The notes: generated by a model not told the origin, from the sequence alone. DNA of 64,000 bases from an uncultured delta proteobacterium (GCA_963848135.1 CAWKCK010000018.1:634938-698937); one strand, 5' to 3'; shown: positions 47,191 to 58,381, counted from the first letter of the stretch. Made by a program: numbers and translations.

Positions 47191-50100
47191 GGATACAGCC
47201 TCTTCAAACATCAAAGGTCCTATCAGCTGGATGGCCGGTCATCCCGTGGCCGCTAACCTGCTTATGCTTGTCCTGCTGGTGGGCGGTTTGTTTTGGGCCA
47301 CCCGTATCAAGCAGGAAGTGTTTCCCGACTTTGAACTGGATATTGTAAACATCACTGTCCCTTATCCCGGTGCCAGTCCCCAGGAGGTCGAACGGGGAAT
47401 ACTGTTGGCGGTCGAAGAGGCCGTCTCAGGCCTGGAAGGAATCGAGAAAGTCACCGCCATCGCACGGGAGGGTTCGGGAACCGTGACAGTGGAAATGATC
47501 GAAGGCGAAGACATACAACGTTTGGCCCAGGATATCAAAGCCGAGGTGGACCGCATATCTTCACTCCCGGAGGAGGCTGAAGAGCCAAAGGTCACCATCG
47601 CCAACCGCAAACGCTATGTTGTCTCACTGGCGCTCTATGGTGACCAGAACGAGCAGGTCCTGCGGGAGTATGCTGAAATCGCACGCGAGCGCCTGCTGCA
47701 AGATCCCCAAATTACCCAAGTGGATTTGAGTAATGTTCGTGCATACGAAATCAGCATCGAAATTTCTCAAAATACCTTACGTACCTATAATTTAACCTTG
47801 GGTGATGTGGCCCAACGTTTGCGACAGGCCAGTGTAGAACTACCGGGCGGCGCCATCAAAACCCCCGGCGGTGACATCCTGGTGCGTATGAAAGAGCGAC
47901 GGGACTACGGTCGCGAGTTCGGCCGGATCCCCATCATCACGGCCAGCGACGGCACCCAGGTGCTGCTGGAAGATATCGCTGTCATCAAAGACGGCTTCGA
48001 GGAGACCGACCAGCAGGCAACCTATAACGGCCAGCCCACCGTATTCATTGAAATTTACCGTGTGGGCGAACAGACGCCTCTCTCCGTTTCCGATGCTGTC
48101 AAACGCGTGGTTACCGAACTGAAAGAAACCCTTCCGGCCGGGCTGTATATCGACCTGCGCAATGACCGTTCGGAAATTTACCGCCAACGGTTGGGGCTCC
48201 TCCTGAAAAATGGCCTTTTGGGACTGGCACTGGTGTTCGTTCTCCTGGCCCTCTTTCTTGAACCGAGACTCGCGTTTTGGGTGAGCCTGGGCATTCCCAT
48301 ATCTTTCCTGGGATCCCTGCTATTCCTGATTTCTTTGGGTGTCAGCATCAACATGGTTTCCATGTTTGCGTTCATTGTGACCCTTGGTATCGTGGTAGAC
48401 GATGCCATCGTGGTCGGAGAGAACGTCTACTCCCACCGTCAGGAAGGCAAGGCATGGTTTGATGCCGCAGTGGCTGGCACGCGTGAAATTTCCATGCCCG
48501 TGAATTTTAGCGTACTTACCAACATGGTGGCTTTCCTGCCCATGTTGTTCATTCCCGGTTTTATGGGAAAAGTATTCAAGCAGATCCCCATGGTCGTTAT
48601 CTGTGTGTTCGCCATATCGCTGATCGAGAGTCTGCTGATCCTGCCAGCCCACCTGGGTCACCAAAAATCCCACCCGCGCTACAAACTTTTGGTGTGGCTG
48701 GAGAAGTGGCAGGGTCGTTTCAGCCGGGCCTTCATGGCAGCGGTGCATCGCTTCTATACGCCTTTTCTGGGACTCATCTTGCGCTGGCGTTATGTATCAT
48801 TAGGGATTGCCCTGGCGATTCTTATCGTCACCATCGGATTCATACGAAGCGGACGGTTGGGTTTCGAACTTTTTCCCAAGATCGAATCCGACTACGCGAA
48901 GGTGACCGCGACCTTGCCTTTCGGCAGCGCCTTTTCTAAAACTGAAACTGTCCAGCAAAAACTTGTCTCGGAGGCCAAGGCCGTGGCAGCCGTCAACGGG
49001 GGGAATCGACTCGTGGAAGGCATCTATGCCCGCGTCAATAGCAATGTCGCCGAGGTGCGCGTCTACCTTCAGCCTCCAGGGATACGGCCCATGTCCACCA
49101 CTGCCTATACCGACCTATGGCGCAAGCGGGTCGGTATGTTGCCAGGACTCGAATCGCTCCGATTCGAGTCGGATGCCGGCGGTCCGGGCCGGGGCTCGGC
49201 CATCAGCATCGAACTCAGCCACCAGCGTATGGACCTGCTGGAGCAGGCCAGTGGCGAACTTGCCGAAGCGCTGGTGTATTATCCCAATGTGGAAGATGTC
49301 GATGATGGCTTTGCCCCCGGCAAACAGCAGATCGATTTTCAGCTGCGTCCCGACGCCCGCAGCCTGGGGTTGACCTCGCGAGACGTGGCGCAGCAGATGC
49401 GTTATTCATTTTATGGTGCCGAGGTCTTGCGCCAACAGCGCGGCCGCAACGAAATTAAAGTCATGGTGCGTCTGCCAAAAGAGGAACGAATTTCGGAATA
49501 TAACCTGGAAGAAATGATTTTACACACACCCGGCGGCGGCGAAACGCCCCTGCGATCCGCCGTGATCGTCAGTCGGGGACGAGCCTACACCGATATCATT
49601 CGCCGCAACGGCCGACGAATCGTTACCGTTACAGCGGACGTCCGCCCGCGCAGCAAGGCCGGAGATATTCTGTCGGCGGTAAAATCGGAGACTCTTCCCA
49701 CTCTGCTGAACCGTTACCCGGGTTTGGAATTTAGTTTCGAGGGACGTCAAGCCGACCAGCGCAAGAGCATGCAGAGCCTGTTCCAAGGACTCGTCATCGT
49801 TTTGATCGTAATTTATGCCATTTTGGCTGTACCTTTGAACAGTTATATCCAGCCCGCCATTATCATGGCATCGATCCCTTTTGGAATCGTGGGGGCAGTG
49901 ATCGGCCACATGATTATGGGCTACAGCCTGAGCGTCATCAGTATGTTCGGTGTGTTGGCTTTGACCGGTGTCGTCATCAACGATTCGCTGGTGCTTATCG
50001 ATATGGCCAATCGTAAGCGGCGCAGTGGTTTGTCACCCTACCCGTCTATCTTGCAGGCCGGACTGCAACGCTTTCGCCCGATAATCTTGACCACGCTGAC

Positions 50101-50323
50101 GACATTCGGCGGGCTGACGCCGATGATTTTCGAAACATCCCGCCAGGCGCGCTTTCTGATCCCCATGGCGGTGTCCCTCGGCTTTGGCGTTTTGTTTGCC
50201 ACCATGATTACCCTGGCTCTGGTCCCCTGTATCTATTTAATCGTGGAAGATTTAAAAGAACTTTACCGCAGGGCGACCGGTGCCGGAAAATCCCGTACGA
50301 AGCTTGCCAAACCGGCCGCCTGA
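47180..50323 (+). CDS. RND efflux permease (AcrB-like)
   Basis: GIVVDDAIVVGEN and RFRPIILTTLTT. Confidence 0.95.
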   Translation: MVNKDTASSNIKGPISWMAGHPVAANLLMLVLLVGGLFWATRIKQEVFPDFELDIVNITVPYPGASPQEVERGILLAVEEAVSGLEGIEKVTAIAREGSGTVTVEMIEGEDIQRLAQDIKAEVDRISSLPEEAEEPKVTIANRKRYVVSLALYGDQNEQVLREYAEIARERLLQDPQITQVDLSNVRAYEISIEISQNTLRTYNLTLGDVAQRLRQASVELPGGAIKTPGGDILVRMKERRDYGREFGRIPIITASDGTQVLLEDIAVIKDGFEETDQQATYNGQPTVFIEIYRVGEQTPLSVSDAVKRVVTELKETLPAGLYIDLRNDRSEIYRQRLGLLLKNGLLGLALVFVLLALFLEPRLAFWVSLGIPISFLGSLLFLISLGVSINMVSMFAFIVTLGIVVDDAIVVGENVYSHRQEGKAWFDAAVAGTREISMPVNFSVLTNMVAFLPMLFIPGFMGKVFKQIPMVVICVFAISLIESLLILPAHLGHQKSHPRYKLLVWLEKWQGRFSRAFMAAVHRFYTPFLGLILRWRYVSLGIALAILIVTIGFIRSGRLGFELFPKIESDYAKVTATLPFGSAFSKTETVQQKLVSEAKAVAAVNGGNRLVEGIYARVNSNVAEVRVYLQPPGIRPMSTTAYTDLWRKRVGMLPGLESLRFESDAGGPGRGSAISIELSHQRMDLLEQASGELAEALVYYPNVEDVDDGFAPGKQQIDFQLRPDARSLGLTSRDVAQQMRYSFYGAEVLRQQRGRNEIKVMVRLPKEERISEYNLEEMILHTPGGGETPLRSAVIVSRGRAYTDIIRRNGRRIVTVTADVRPRSKAGDILSAVKSETLPTLLNRYPGLEFSFEGRQADQRKSMQSLFQGLVIVLIVIYAILAVPLNSYIQPAIIMASIPFGIVGAVIGHMIMGYSLSVISMFGVLALTGVVINDSLVLIDMANRKRRSGLSPYPSILQAGLQRFRPIILTTLTTFGGLTPMIFETSRQARFLIPMAVSLGFGVLFATMITLALVPCIYLIVEDLKELYRRATGAGKSRTKLAKPAA

Positions 50324-50737
50324 ATTGGCGGACATAGTTCTGCCCGTTTCCCCCAAATTTAAGCCAGAACCTGATCCACCCTGATTGTGTACCGAGGCGT
50401 CACCGGCTGGATTGAAATAATCAGGTCAATATTACCCTGCAGTACCCGCGCTCACCGCTCCCGCTTCTCTTTGCGACACGTTCCATGTCTGGCGCTGAAA
50501 TTAAGATCCCTGGGTCATACAGGTAGAATCAATTCAATCTGGTGGGGGTACTGCATTGAATAAATCAAAGAGGTTACAAACGGTGTGGCCCAATCTTAGC
50601 GGGAAGAACAATTTCGTCGTTTAATTCAACCTTTGATCCTGCTTTTGTCTGTCGAACCATCTCCTTCAAAATATATACGCCCGTCACCACCAATCAATAG
50701 GACCGGACGGGGTTTTACGGAGAATACAAAAATAATT

Positions 50738-52708
50738 TTAGTTGCAGCCCACTTTACCGAAATCGGCTGAAAACGTTATGAGATCAAGTTTTCCCGGGTC
50801 GGCGACCAACTCAAATAGATCGGCACCGTCGACATCGCCGTCGGTGGGTTCAAAATCTCCGTTACAATGCAACGAATACGCCACTGTCAAGGTCGGACGA
50901 TCATCTATCGGGCCAACCTCGCTGGACCAGAAATCAACGCCGTCCGAGTCGGTCGGCCGAAATATCCAGCCGTGATTGACTGAAGGGTTGTTGACCCAGG
51001 CGACCAGGCTCGAAGTTACATCGAGTGAGTGAACCCCAGCTGGAGAACCGAAGGCAGTCCCCACCGATGCTCCGTATTCATCGGGCTGCACGCCGGGCTC
51101 ACCGCCAAAGGAGTCGTAGGTGACGGCCTCATCCCAGTCGATCGTCACTTCGTTGACATCACCTGCAACACCGGCGTTTTCGACGACATAGGACAGGGTG
51201 GCTGTCTGGATAGTAGCCCCCAATGGGACTCGGCTGATTCCCGATCCGATGATGTTGTCAAACCGAATCAGACCATACTTCAGATAGCCTGATCCATAGG
51301 GGTTGTCCGTATCCCATCCGACCCAAGTGTTATCGCCGTTTGGCAGATTGGGAGCGCTGGCCAAAAGAGACGTATCGATCATATCAGCGTATCCACCGAC
51401 GCCCTGGATGAAAGTCACTATGGTGGGCCCCGGTAATGTCGTCGCACATTGCACGGTCGTATACGACGATGGTCCCGCACCATTTGTCGCTCGAATTCGA
51501 TAGCAGTATTCGGTGTCCGCCATCAACGCTTCATGGCTGTAATTTTCGGTATCAGGCGCCACCGTTCCGAGGTGGCTGAAGTCGACACCACCGTTTACGG
51601 ACCATTCGATTTGATACCCGGCTTCATCGTCTGAATTGTCGGTCCAGTTCAGATCGACCTGGGTCGACAATCCGGCTGTGGCACTGAACCCCGTCGGTTC
51701 CGTTGGTGGACTTGTCGGCCCGCTGCTCATGTCATACGTCAAGTTAAAAGGAGCGGATATTGTAAAAGACCCCATCAGATCGGGATTATCGGAACCGAAG
51801 TCGTTTAGCCAGGGAGAATAGGTCGTGACAGTAATCGTATCTGCTAGCGGGGAGAATGTCATGTAACGTAGCCAACCGCTGCCGCCGTTTGCTAAACCTT
51901 GATAATTTGACAACAGGGTGTAAATCGTGTTGCCGTTAAAAATATCAGTTCGCATTTCCTCAGTGCCGTTATGGCCACAAAGTATGAGAAACAGGTTTGG
52001 ATTGTCTTTCAGTGCATCGAATATCAACTGCCCATCTACGGTAAAATTACCCGGATCGTTGGGATTTAAACCGACACTCAATGCATTATGGGCCACAACA
52101 ATAGCTCGTCGGGCCGACCAGGATTTCAAAAGATCATCAGCCCAATCGAGCACATCGGGATCAAGAGCAGCTTGATGGGCCAGGTTGATCACGATGAAAT
52201 CCAGCCCGCCGGCGCTAAAAAGCGTGAAGTTGTTATCGTTATTGTCGACAGCGTAGCTGCCACCATAATAATTTCTGCCAAGAAACCTTGCCGGGTCGAA
52301 ATACTGGTTATACAGGTTGGTTGGTTGATCGTGATTTCCCGGTAACACGCCATAAGGAATGCCGTCATCCAGGTTCGTCGTAAATGGATCCTCCAAAGCA
52401 TACATAGCAATATCAGCAATCTGCCATTCGGATACCACAGATGCATTTTCGACGATGTCGCCAAGATGAGCCGTATAAACGATTTTCTGCGCGTCTTTGT
52501 TTTCGACGATCCATTGGGTCTGACTATAAAAGATATCCGGGAATAATTCCGAATAATACTGCGTATCCGGCAGCACGACGATCGTAAAATCATCTCCGGG
52601 AGCCGCATGAACAAATGCCGTAAAAGCATTTGTCAAAATTAGGATAGCCAAAAAGGTTCCCGTTGTAGCCAGGGCCCTTAATCTGTGCGTGTTGAAGTGC
52701 TTTCCCAT
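50738..52708 (-). CDS. Secreted metallophosphoesterase with FN3, DNRLRE-like and C-terminal dockerin/EF-hand-like modules
   Basis: PDTQ, HLGDIV, GNHD, GH motifs; WTDNSDDE...YCYRIRATN; GDVDGADL; start set at 52708. Confidence 0.8.
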   Translation of the reverse strand: MGKHFNTHRLRALATTGTFLAILILTNAFTAFVHAAPGDDFTIVVLPDTQYYSELFPDIFYSQTQWIVENKDAQKIVYTAHLGDIVENASVVSEWQIADIAMYALEDPFTTNLDDGIPYGVLPGNHDQPTNLYNQYFDPARFLGRNYYGGSYAVDNNDNNFTLFSAGGLDFIVINLAHQAALDPDVLDWADDLLKSWSARRAIVVAHNALSVGLNPNDPGNFTVDGQLIFDALKDNPNLFLILCGHNGTEEMRTDIFNGNTIYTLLSNYQGLANGGSGWLRYMTFSPLADTITVTTYSPWLNDFGSDNPDLMGSFTISAPFNLTYDMSSGPTSPPTEPTGFSATAGLSTQVDLNWTDNSDDEAGYQIEWSVNGGVDFSHLGTVAPDTENYSHEALMADTEYCYRIRATNGAGPSSYTTVQCATTLPGPTIVTFIQGVGGYADMIDTSLLASAPNLPNGDNTWVGWDTDNPYGSGYLKYGLIRFDNIIGSGISRVPLGATIQTATLSYVVENAGVAGDVNEVTIDWDEAVTYDSFGGEPGVQPDEYGASVGTAFGSPAGVHSLDVTSSLVAWVNNPSVNHGWIFRPTDSDGVDFWSSEVGPIDDRPTLTVAYSLHCNGDFEPTDGDVDGADLFELVADPGKLDLITFSADFGKVGCN

Positions 52709-53194
52709 GACCCACCCATCATATCGATATCGACGCATACAACCAGTAGCGTATAGTTTCTTCTTTTTCCACAGATGCCCCATCCCAATGAAACTGAGCA
52801 ATATGTATGCCATTTGCCATATTTTCGGCCGCAACACTCAGAAGGTCACGTTCATCGTTCAGTGATAAGGCATATATGCTCTGACATCGGTAGCCAAATC
52901 CTATTAGAAATGATCGAATAATTATAATAACATTGCCTGCAATGAAGGAATGTCAACCCTTCTCATTCTAGTAACCTCGCCATATAGTGAAAAACAACCC
53001 CATTTTTCACTTTTACATTCCAGCAAAAATCAGTTATTATTATACAAAGAAACGTATTAGCAATACATTGAATGACATCTGTGCGCACTGTTATGTAAAA
53101 CAGTTAATACTTTTTGAGTACTTTGTGAAAGAGACGGTTGAAACCCGCCATGATGATATTTGGGTGAAACTTACGGCTGAATCCTGCAGCAGAG

Positions 53195-54301
53195 TTGATA
53201 TTGAAACCTCAAAAACCTGACCATCTCCGATCGATTGTACGCATACTTCTGCTCTTTTTCGTTATTTTCAGCATTATTTCCTGCAATTATCACCCACAAC
53301 AAAAAAGGCTGCAGAATGCATCGGATTTTTCCAGACTGATGGAACTCATCCAGCTCGAGAACAGATACGAACCGCTCTTTGCGTTCAACGACTACGAGGA
53401 AAAATTCGACGTGGAATGCCACGAAGCTTCTCTCGAATACCTGAAGCAGAACCCCGCCTTAATCCGGCAGATCAAATCGGATCTGGACAGCACCAAACTG
53501 AAATGGGAAATGGTGACGAGCCGAAAGCGGATCGCATTTGTACCGGAAAGACGCCGTGACTACGCTGAATTGTACCTCCGCTATTGCCGGGAAATTATTG
53601 ATTTTATCATCACCGAAACGAAGCTTGAAAACCCTTATATCCAGATCCGCCACCCGGGTGGAAGTTTTCCCGATATACCGGAGACTGAAAACCGCGTTAC
53701 GGTTTTTCTCGTCCACAACCTGGCCAAGCAGTACGTAGAAACCTATTTGTTTTCAAGCGATTCAGACGAAAACAAGGTCAACATCTCCCTATCTGGAACG
53801 GTGTATACCGGTGAAATCGGTTCTTACGCATCGATGCTGGCGATACAGGGAAACGGCCAGCTGGCATTCGCACGAAATAACTACACGATCTGGCAAAACA
53901 GCGCAAAATCCCCGGTCAACACATTGATACTCCCCCTGGAAGAGACGCTGCATATTGCGCTCAGACCGTATACAGAAAGCGCCATTGACGATCAATGGAA
54001 TCATTCAGCAGAAAAAACGCTGGATGAGGCCAGACGGATAACCGCTCAATGGATCGCCGTCGAAGAGGCCATTGCCGGCGGGCTGGCGCACCATTATTTC
54101 CCCCGGGTAGCAGATAAGTATATAAAAAATCTGGAAACTTCGGAAATCAAACAGGCTCTCGACAAGCGAGCGGAAAAAGAAAAATACAGATATCTGAAGA
54201 AAGGGATACGAATCATCCAAAGCGAGGGTCCGGATACGGTCCTGGACATGTATCGCAGCGCCCCCCGCAGATTTCGGGACCTGCTCGTAGAACAGGGCTG
54301 A
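53195..54301 (+). CDS. Hypothetical probable lipoprotein
   Basis: 368-aa ORF, hydrophobic N-terminus ending IISC; start uncertain. Confidence 0.7.
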   Translation: MILKPQKPDHLRSIVRILLLFFVIFSIISCNYHPQQKRLQNASDFSRLMELIQLENRYEPLFAFNDYEEKFDVECHEASLEYLKQNPALIRQIKSDLDSTKLKWEMVTSRKRIAFVPERRRDYAELYLRYCREIIDFIITETKLENPYIQIRHPGGSFPDIPETENRVTVFLVHNLAKQYVETYLFSSDSDENKVNISLSGTVYTGEIGSYASMLAIQGNGQLAFARNNYTIWQNSAKSPVNTLILPLEETLHIALRPYTESAIDDQWNHSAEKTLDEARRITAQWIAVEEAIAGGLAHHYFPRVADKYIKNLETSEIKQALDKRAEKEKYRYLKKGIRIIQSEGPDTVLDMYRSAPRRFRDLLVEQG

Positions 54302-54329
54302 ACTCAACCAGGACACACCGTTGGCATAG

Positions 54330-54370
54330 AAAACACAAAAGGGAGAGTTTTATATCCCCCTTTTGTGTTT
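54330..54370. terminator. Bidirectional terminator
   Basis: aaacacaaaaggg...cccttttgtgttt between convergent genes. Confidence 0.7.
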
Positions 54371-54401
54371 CAACTAACCGAAAAGGCTGGCTTCAGGTCG
54401 T

Positions 54402-54686
54402 TTATTCCATTACTTTGTAAGATTCGATCACAATGGTTTTTGAGCCGTCAGTGGCTTCTTCGACCATGCCCATAACCTCAACCTTCTTGCCGTTCATCGT
54501 GACGACATCGCCGCCCTTTTCACTTTCGCCAATCATATAAACGGCTCCGGACTCGTCAGTGATGGTATTATCTTCGCCGATAGTGCCCACCACAGTCATG
54601 CTGCCGGCCATTGCATAGCCGACAAAACCTAAGATCAACATTACCATTAATAGCCCATAGCCAGAATTTCTAAAATTGCGATTCAC
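54402..54686 (-). CDS. Small secreted beta-rich protein (94 aa)
   Basis: AAGGAGG RBS with GTG start; signal peptide ending YAMA. Confidence 0.75.
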   Translation of the reverse strand: MNRNFRNSGYGLLMVMLILGFVGYAMAGSMTVVGTIGEDNTITDESGAVYMIGESEKGGDVVTMNGKKVEVMGMVEEATDGSKTIVIESYKVME

Positions 54687-54762
54687 TTGTAGTTCCTCCT
54701 TATTTGTGTTGATTTGGATTACCCTCAGTAAAATAGTGCCTCGAGGATAAGGAGTAAAGGGA

Positions 54763-54778
54763 AGCAAAGAGCATGCCA
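54763..54778 (-). promoter_or_regulatory. Sigma-54 (-24/-12) promoter
   Basis: Minus strand TGGCATGCTCTTTGCT matches TGGCAYG-N4-TTGCW. Confidence 0.75.
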
Positions 54779-55300
54779 CACTATAATATGCTGATATCAT
54801 TGGTACTATTTTTACATGACGAAAACAGGGAATTTTCAATTCCGAAGAAAGTCTTGTTTTTAGAGCCTTGAATATGAAAAGTGGCCAAAACGGCGAATTT
54901 AAGGTCCCGAACCGGCGGGATAAATTGATCGTGCTGTAATGTCCGGAACTGGTAGTTCTTATTTTGTCGATCCGGTGGAACCGGAAGGTCTCCGCATACG
55001 TTTACAGTACAAATACAGTACAAAAATTACCGGCTTCAGACGGCAACGCCGTCAGAGCGTGCCTCCGCCGACAACGGGTCTGCTACCTGCTGCACTTCTG
55101 ATGACAAGCTCTCCGACCGACGAAAAAATCATCCTTGACAATTAATTGCGCGAACGTTTATTTGTGCTACCTTGCTTTGTAGCAAACTCTGCGTGTGGCC
55201 CTGGCCATACTTTAACCTAAAGTGAGCGTTTCACATTTTAAATAGATGGGGAACTGCTTTATATTCAAGGAATCCTATCATCGTTTGATTTTATAATTTG

Positions 55301-55451
55301 AAACCGCTTCGGGATTACCGATCTTTATCCGCCTCTGGAGGGTTGCCGTATCTACGGCGTCATATGCCGTCCCGCATAGCTGATCCCGCCAGCGGCGGGA
55401 CGAAACGACATCTTCCTTGTACCTGCGGCAACCTCGTCAATCGCTCAAATT
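55301..55451. mobile_element. Short intergenic repeat (inverted homologue of 40757-40879)
   Basis: See 40757; carries an extra tcccgcc-agc-ggcggga hairpin. Confidence 0.7.
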
Positions 55452-55524
55452 AGGTTTAACAATCTTGTGGGCCGGTGGCTACTGCCGCTGATCACGTTCC
55501 AGCCGACATCAACAGGAGATATCA

Positions 55525-56718
55525 ATGCACTTTGCCGACCGCATCGCCCGATTAGGAACTGAAACCGCTTTTGCCGTCTCAGCCGAAGCGGCGGTCTTTG
55601 CTGCCAGTGGCAGGAAGGTCTACCCCTTTCATATCGGTGATCTGAATTTTAAGACCCCCGCCCATATTATGGCGGCTGCCGTAAAGGCCATGCATGACGG
55701 TAAAACCGGATACTGCCCCAATGCCGGTATACCGCAATTGCGAGGCGTATTGGCGGAACATATCCAGACCACCCGCGGAATTATCTGCAGCATGGAGAAT
55801 GTGGCAATACAACCGGGAGGTAAACCGACCATCAGTAAATTCCTGATGACCCTCATGAACCCTGGAGACGAGGTCCTTTACCCGAACCCCGGATTCCCGA
55901 TCTACGAGTCCCAGATCGAGTTTCATGGCGGTAAAGCCATTCCCTACGGATACCTCGAAGGGGAAGAGAACTTTATAATTGACCTCGAACGGCTGCAAAG
56001 CAGTATCACCCCGCGGACAAAGCTTTTGATTCTCAATGACCTCCACAACCCTACCGGAGCGGAATGTACGACGCCAGAGCTCGAGAAACTGGCTGATCTG
56101 GTCGACAGGCACAATTTATTCGTGCTTTGCGATGAAGCCTATTTCGATATCCGCTACCAGGGCCTGAGTCGATCCTTTGCCGCGCTTCCCGGCATGACCT
56201 CACGGTGCGTGATCCTTTATACTTTCTCAAAACGGTTTGCCATGACCGGTTGGCGGCTTGGCGCAACCATCGGCCCTAAGGAAATCATCGATGTCATCAT
56301 CAGACTTAACGTCAACGACGAGTCCTGCTCGAACCACTTCATTCAGTATGCCGCCATCGAAGGGTTAACCGGAGATCAGACCGAGACAAACGAGATGCTT
56401 GCAATTCTCGAAGAAAGGCGGGATACAGCGGCAAACATATTGAATTCTATTGAAGGGGTGCATTGCTACAGGCCCCAGGCAACATTTTATCTCTATCCGA
56501 ATGTCACTGGTGTTATGCATAAGATGGGCTTTAACAGTTATGACGATTTTCGCCTGGCTTTGCTGCACGAAACGGGGGTATCGGTATGCACCCGCACCCA
56601 CTTCGGCCGACCGATCAAAGACGAAAAGAATCGATATGTCCGTGTGGCCTATGCCGGCATCGATACACCGGCGATTAAAGAAGGGCTCGGAAAATTCAAA
56701 GCCTTCGTCAACGGATAA
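55525..56718 (+). CDS. PLP-dependent aminotransferase class I/II
   Basis: HNPTG, DEAY, TFSKRFAMTGWRLG. Confidence 0.93.
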   Translation: MHFADRIARLGTETAFAVSAEAAVFAASGRKVYPFHIGDLNFKTPAHIMAAAVKAMHDGKTGYCPNAGIPQLRGVLAEHIQTTRGIICSMENVAIQPGGKPTISKFLMTLMNPGDEVLYPNPGFPIYESQIEFHGGKAIPYGYLEGEENFIIDLERLQSSITPRTKLLILNDLHNPTGAECTTPELEKLADLVDRHNLFVLCDEAYFDIRYQGLSRSFAALPGMTSRCVILYTFSKRFAMTGWRLGATIGPKEIIDVIIRLNVNDESCSNHFIQYAAIEGLTGDQTETNEMLAILEERRDTAANILNSIEGVHCYRPQATFYLYPNVTGVMHKMGFNSYDDFRLALLHETGVSVCTRTHFGRPIKDEKNRYVRVAYAGIDTPAIKEGLGKFKAFVNG

Positions 56719-56745
56719 CGCCTTTTTATCTTCTTTTACTTCACT

Positions 56746-56790
56746 AAAAAAGGGAAACTGCCCGGTTACCGTTAGGCGTTTCCCCTTTTT
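56746..56790. terminator. Probable bidirectional terminator
   Basis: aaaaaagggaaac...gtttccccttttt. Confidence 0.6.
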
Positions 56791-56900
56791 CTTTTGTACT
56801 ATTTTTCAAAAATAGTATTCGAAGGGTGTTGTAAGGGGTTGCTAAGAAAACGGTCGAATAACTGACGTTTTATTGACAACCACGAAGAGATATCTCGATT

Positions 56901-57830
56901 TCAGGCTTTAATCTTGTCTATCGTCACCCCCTGAAAGATCACCGTCTTCCCGCTGTACTTTTCAGCAAACTTTTTCGCATCCGCATTTTTGTCAAAAGCA
57001 AATGCCTCCTTACCCATCGGGCCGGACTGGTTGGAACCCACGACATAGTAAGCCGTGCGACCACTGATCCAAACGCCATATTCAAAATCAACGACCCAAA
57101 TGAGGAACGGTTTTACATCTTTGCCTGCGTATTTAGTTGAATCGGCTAAAAATGCAAAAAGACACTGGGTGGAGCAAAAATGATAAACGTCCTGACCTTT
57201 GGTTTGTATCTGGCCCTTATTATTTGGGTAGCGGGCTGGATACATTCCGCAGACCGGGCACCTGTCTTTGTTGTCGACAGGCTCGACAATTTTTCCTTTT
57301 TTCAACCGGCGCTGAACGATCATTTGATTCTCTTTTTTGATTCCCTCTTTCGCAAACTGGAGGGCTTCAGCAAATCCCATGACGCTGCCACCGCACTCTT
57401 TGGCAAAGTTTTCGGCCTCGGATTTGGTCGCAAACGCTATCTTGCTTTTCATGGTCATGGTACCCGGCGCTTTCGACCCGACGACATAGAAAGCCTTTTC
57501 AGCCGGAATCATTTTCTGCGGCGCGGTATACAGGGCAACCTGCACGTTTTTGGGATCATCACCGGATTTCAGCGCCACATCTGCCAGGCAATGAAAGGAG
57601 CACGCCTCAGATTTGCCTTCGGCATTTTCAAACGTTTTCCATGTCCTGGCCCACATGGGTCTCACCATCCCGCAGTTGGGACATTGCCCGGGCATGCTCT
57701 TATCCGGAGGCATTAATGGGTGCTGAATGGCGCAGGGGTTGGCGGCATAAGCGTAAAGCGGATAAACAGACAGAGCGGCGGCACTTTTCAGGGTAAGGGA
57801 CAGGAACTTCCGTCTCGATTCTGAATGCAT
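56901..57830 (-). CDS. Tandem NosL-family protein with twin-arginine signal
   Basis: SRRKFL; CPNCGM and CPVCGM; FYVVGS...GTM and YYVVGS...GPMG. Confidence 0.85.
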   Translation of the reverse strand: MHSESRRKFLSLTLKSAAALSVYPLYAYAANPCAIQHPLMPPDKSMPGQCPNCGMVRPMWARTWKTFENAEGKSEACSFHCLADVALKSGDDPKNVQVALYTAPQKMIPAEKAFYVVGSKAPGTMTMKSKIAFATKSEAENFAKECGGSVMGFAEALQFAKEGIKKENQMIVQRRLKKGKIVEPVDNKDRCPVCGMYPARYPNNKGQIQTKGQDVYHFCSTQCLFAFLADSTKYAGKDVKPFLIWVVDFEYGVWISGRTAYYVVGSNQSGPMGKEAFAFDKNADAKKFAEKYSGKTVIFQGVTIDKIKA

Positions 57831-58051
57831 AATCTAAACCCTCCTTTTTCTTGCATAAATTAAATCATACAATATTACTATGGATTTACTTCACCAATTC
57901 AATATTTCGTTGATCTTTCACCACATCGTGGCAGTATATTCTGTTTGTAATGCGCTGTTTTTAAATAAAATGTGTATTATACTGCTAAGACGGAAGAGAA
58001 ATCAAGCCTATTTGTATGTGCTCTTATTCGGCAGTATATATAACTCAGTGG

Positions 58052-58315
58052 TCGGGGAGTTTTTCCCGCCAATGCTGAACCAGAGGGGAGGGAGTGATCA
58101 GCAGCGAAAGCGAGCACTGTCCGAATGCAATAGGCAACTTTGGGAAAGATCAGCGGGAACCCCGGTTATCAGATTCGGATCATAATAGGCAAATTGATCT
58201 CAACGGTTTTATATCATTATGAAATCTGTTCTTTACTTAGGTTGCCTTATGCATGAGTTTGCGCGCTGAAGTCGCTGAGTATTCCCTCCGCTACCGGATG
58301 GTGAAAACTCCCCGA
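58052..58315. mobile_element. Long imperfect inverted-repeat element of about 265 bp
   Basis: tcggggagtttt / aaaactccccga ends; paired inner arms; right arm homologous to 63775 onward. Confidence 0.75.
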
Positions 58316-58335
58316 GGGCTCATATAACTATTACC

Positions 58336-58381
58336 GCAAAGAGAAAGGCAGGGCCTTTAAAGGTCCTGCCTTTCTCTTTGC
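58336..58381. terminator. Strong hairpin downstream of the YegP-like gene
   Basis: gcaaagagaaaggcagg...cctgcctttctctttgc. Confidence 0.65.

Noticed and set aside
54299..54330. Other TGA-ending genes as selenoproteins (for example the 53195 lipoprotein, acsC, nosL)
   Set aside because: acsC and nosL look complete at the TGA, and the lipoprotein frame hits another stop within ten codons with no recognisable continuation.
57880..58185. 101-aa ORF
   Set aside because: It is AT-rich promoter DNA running into the foldback element, with no protein features.
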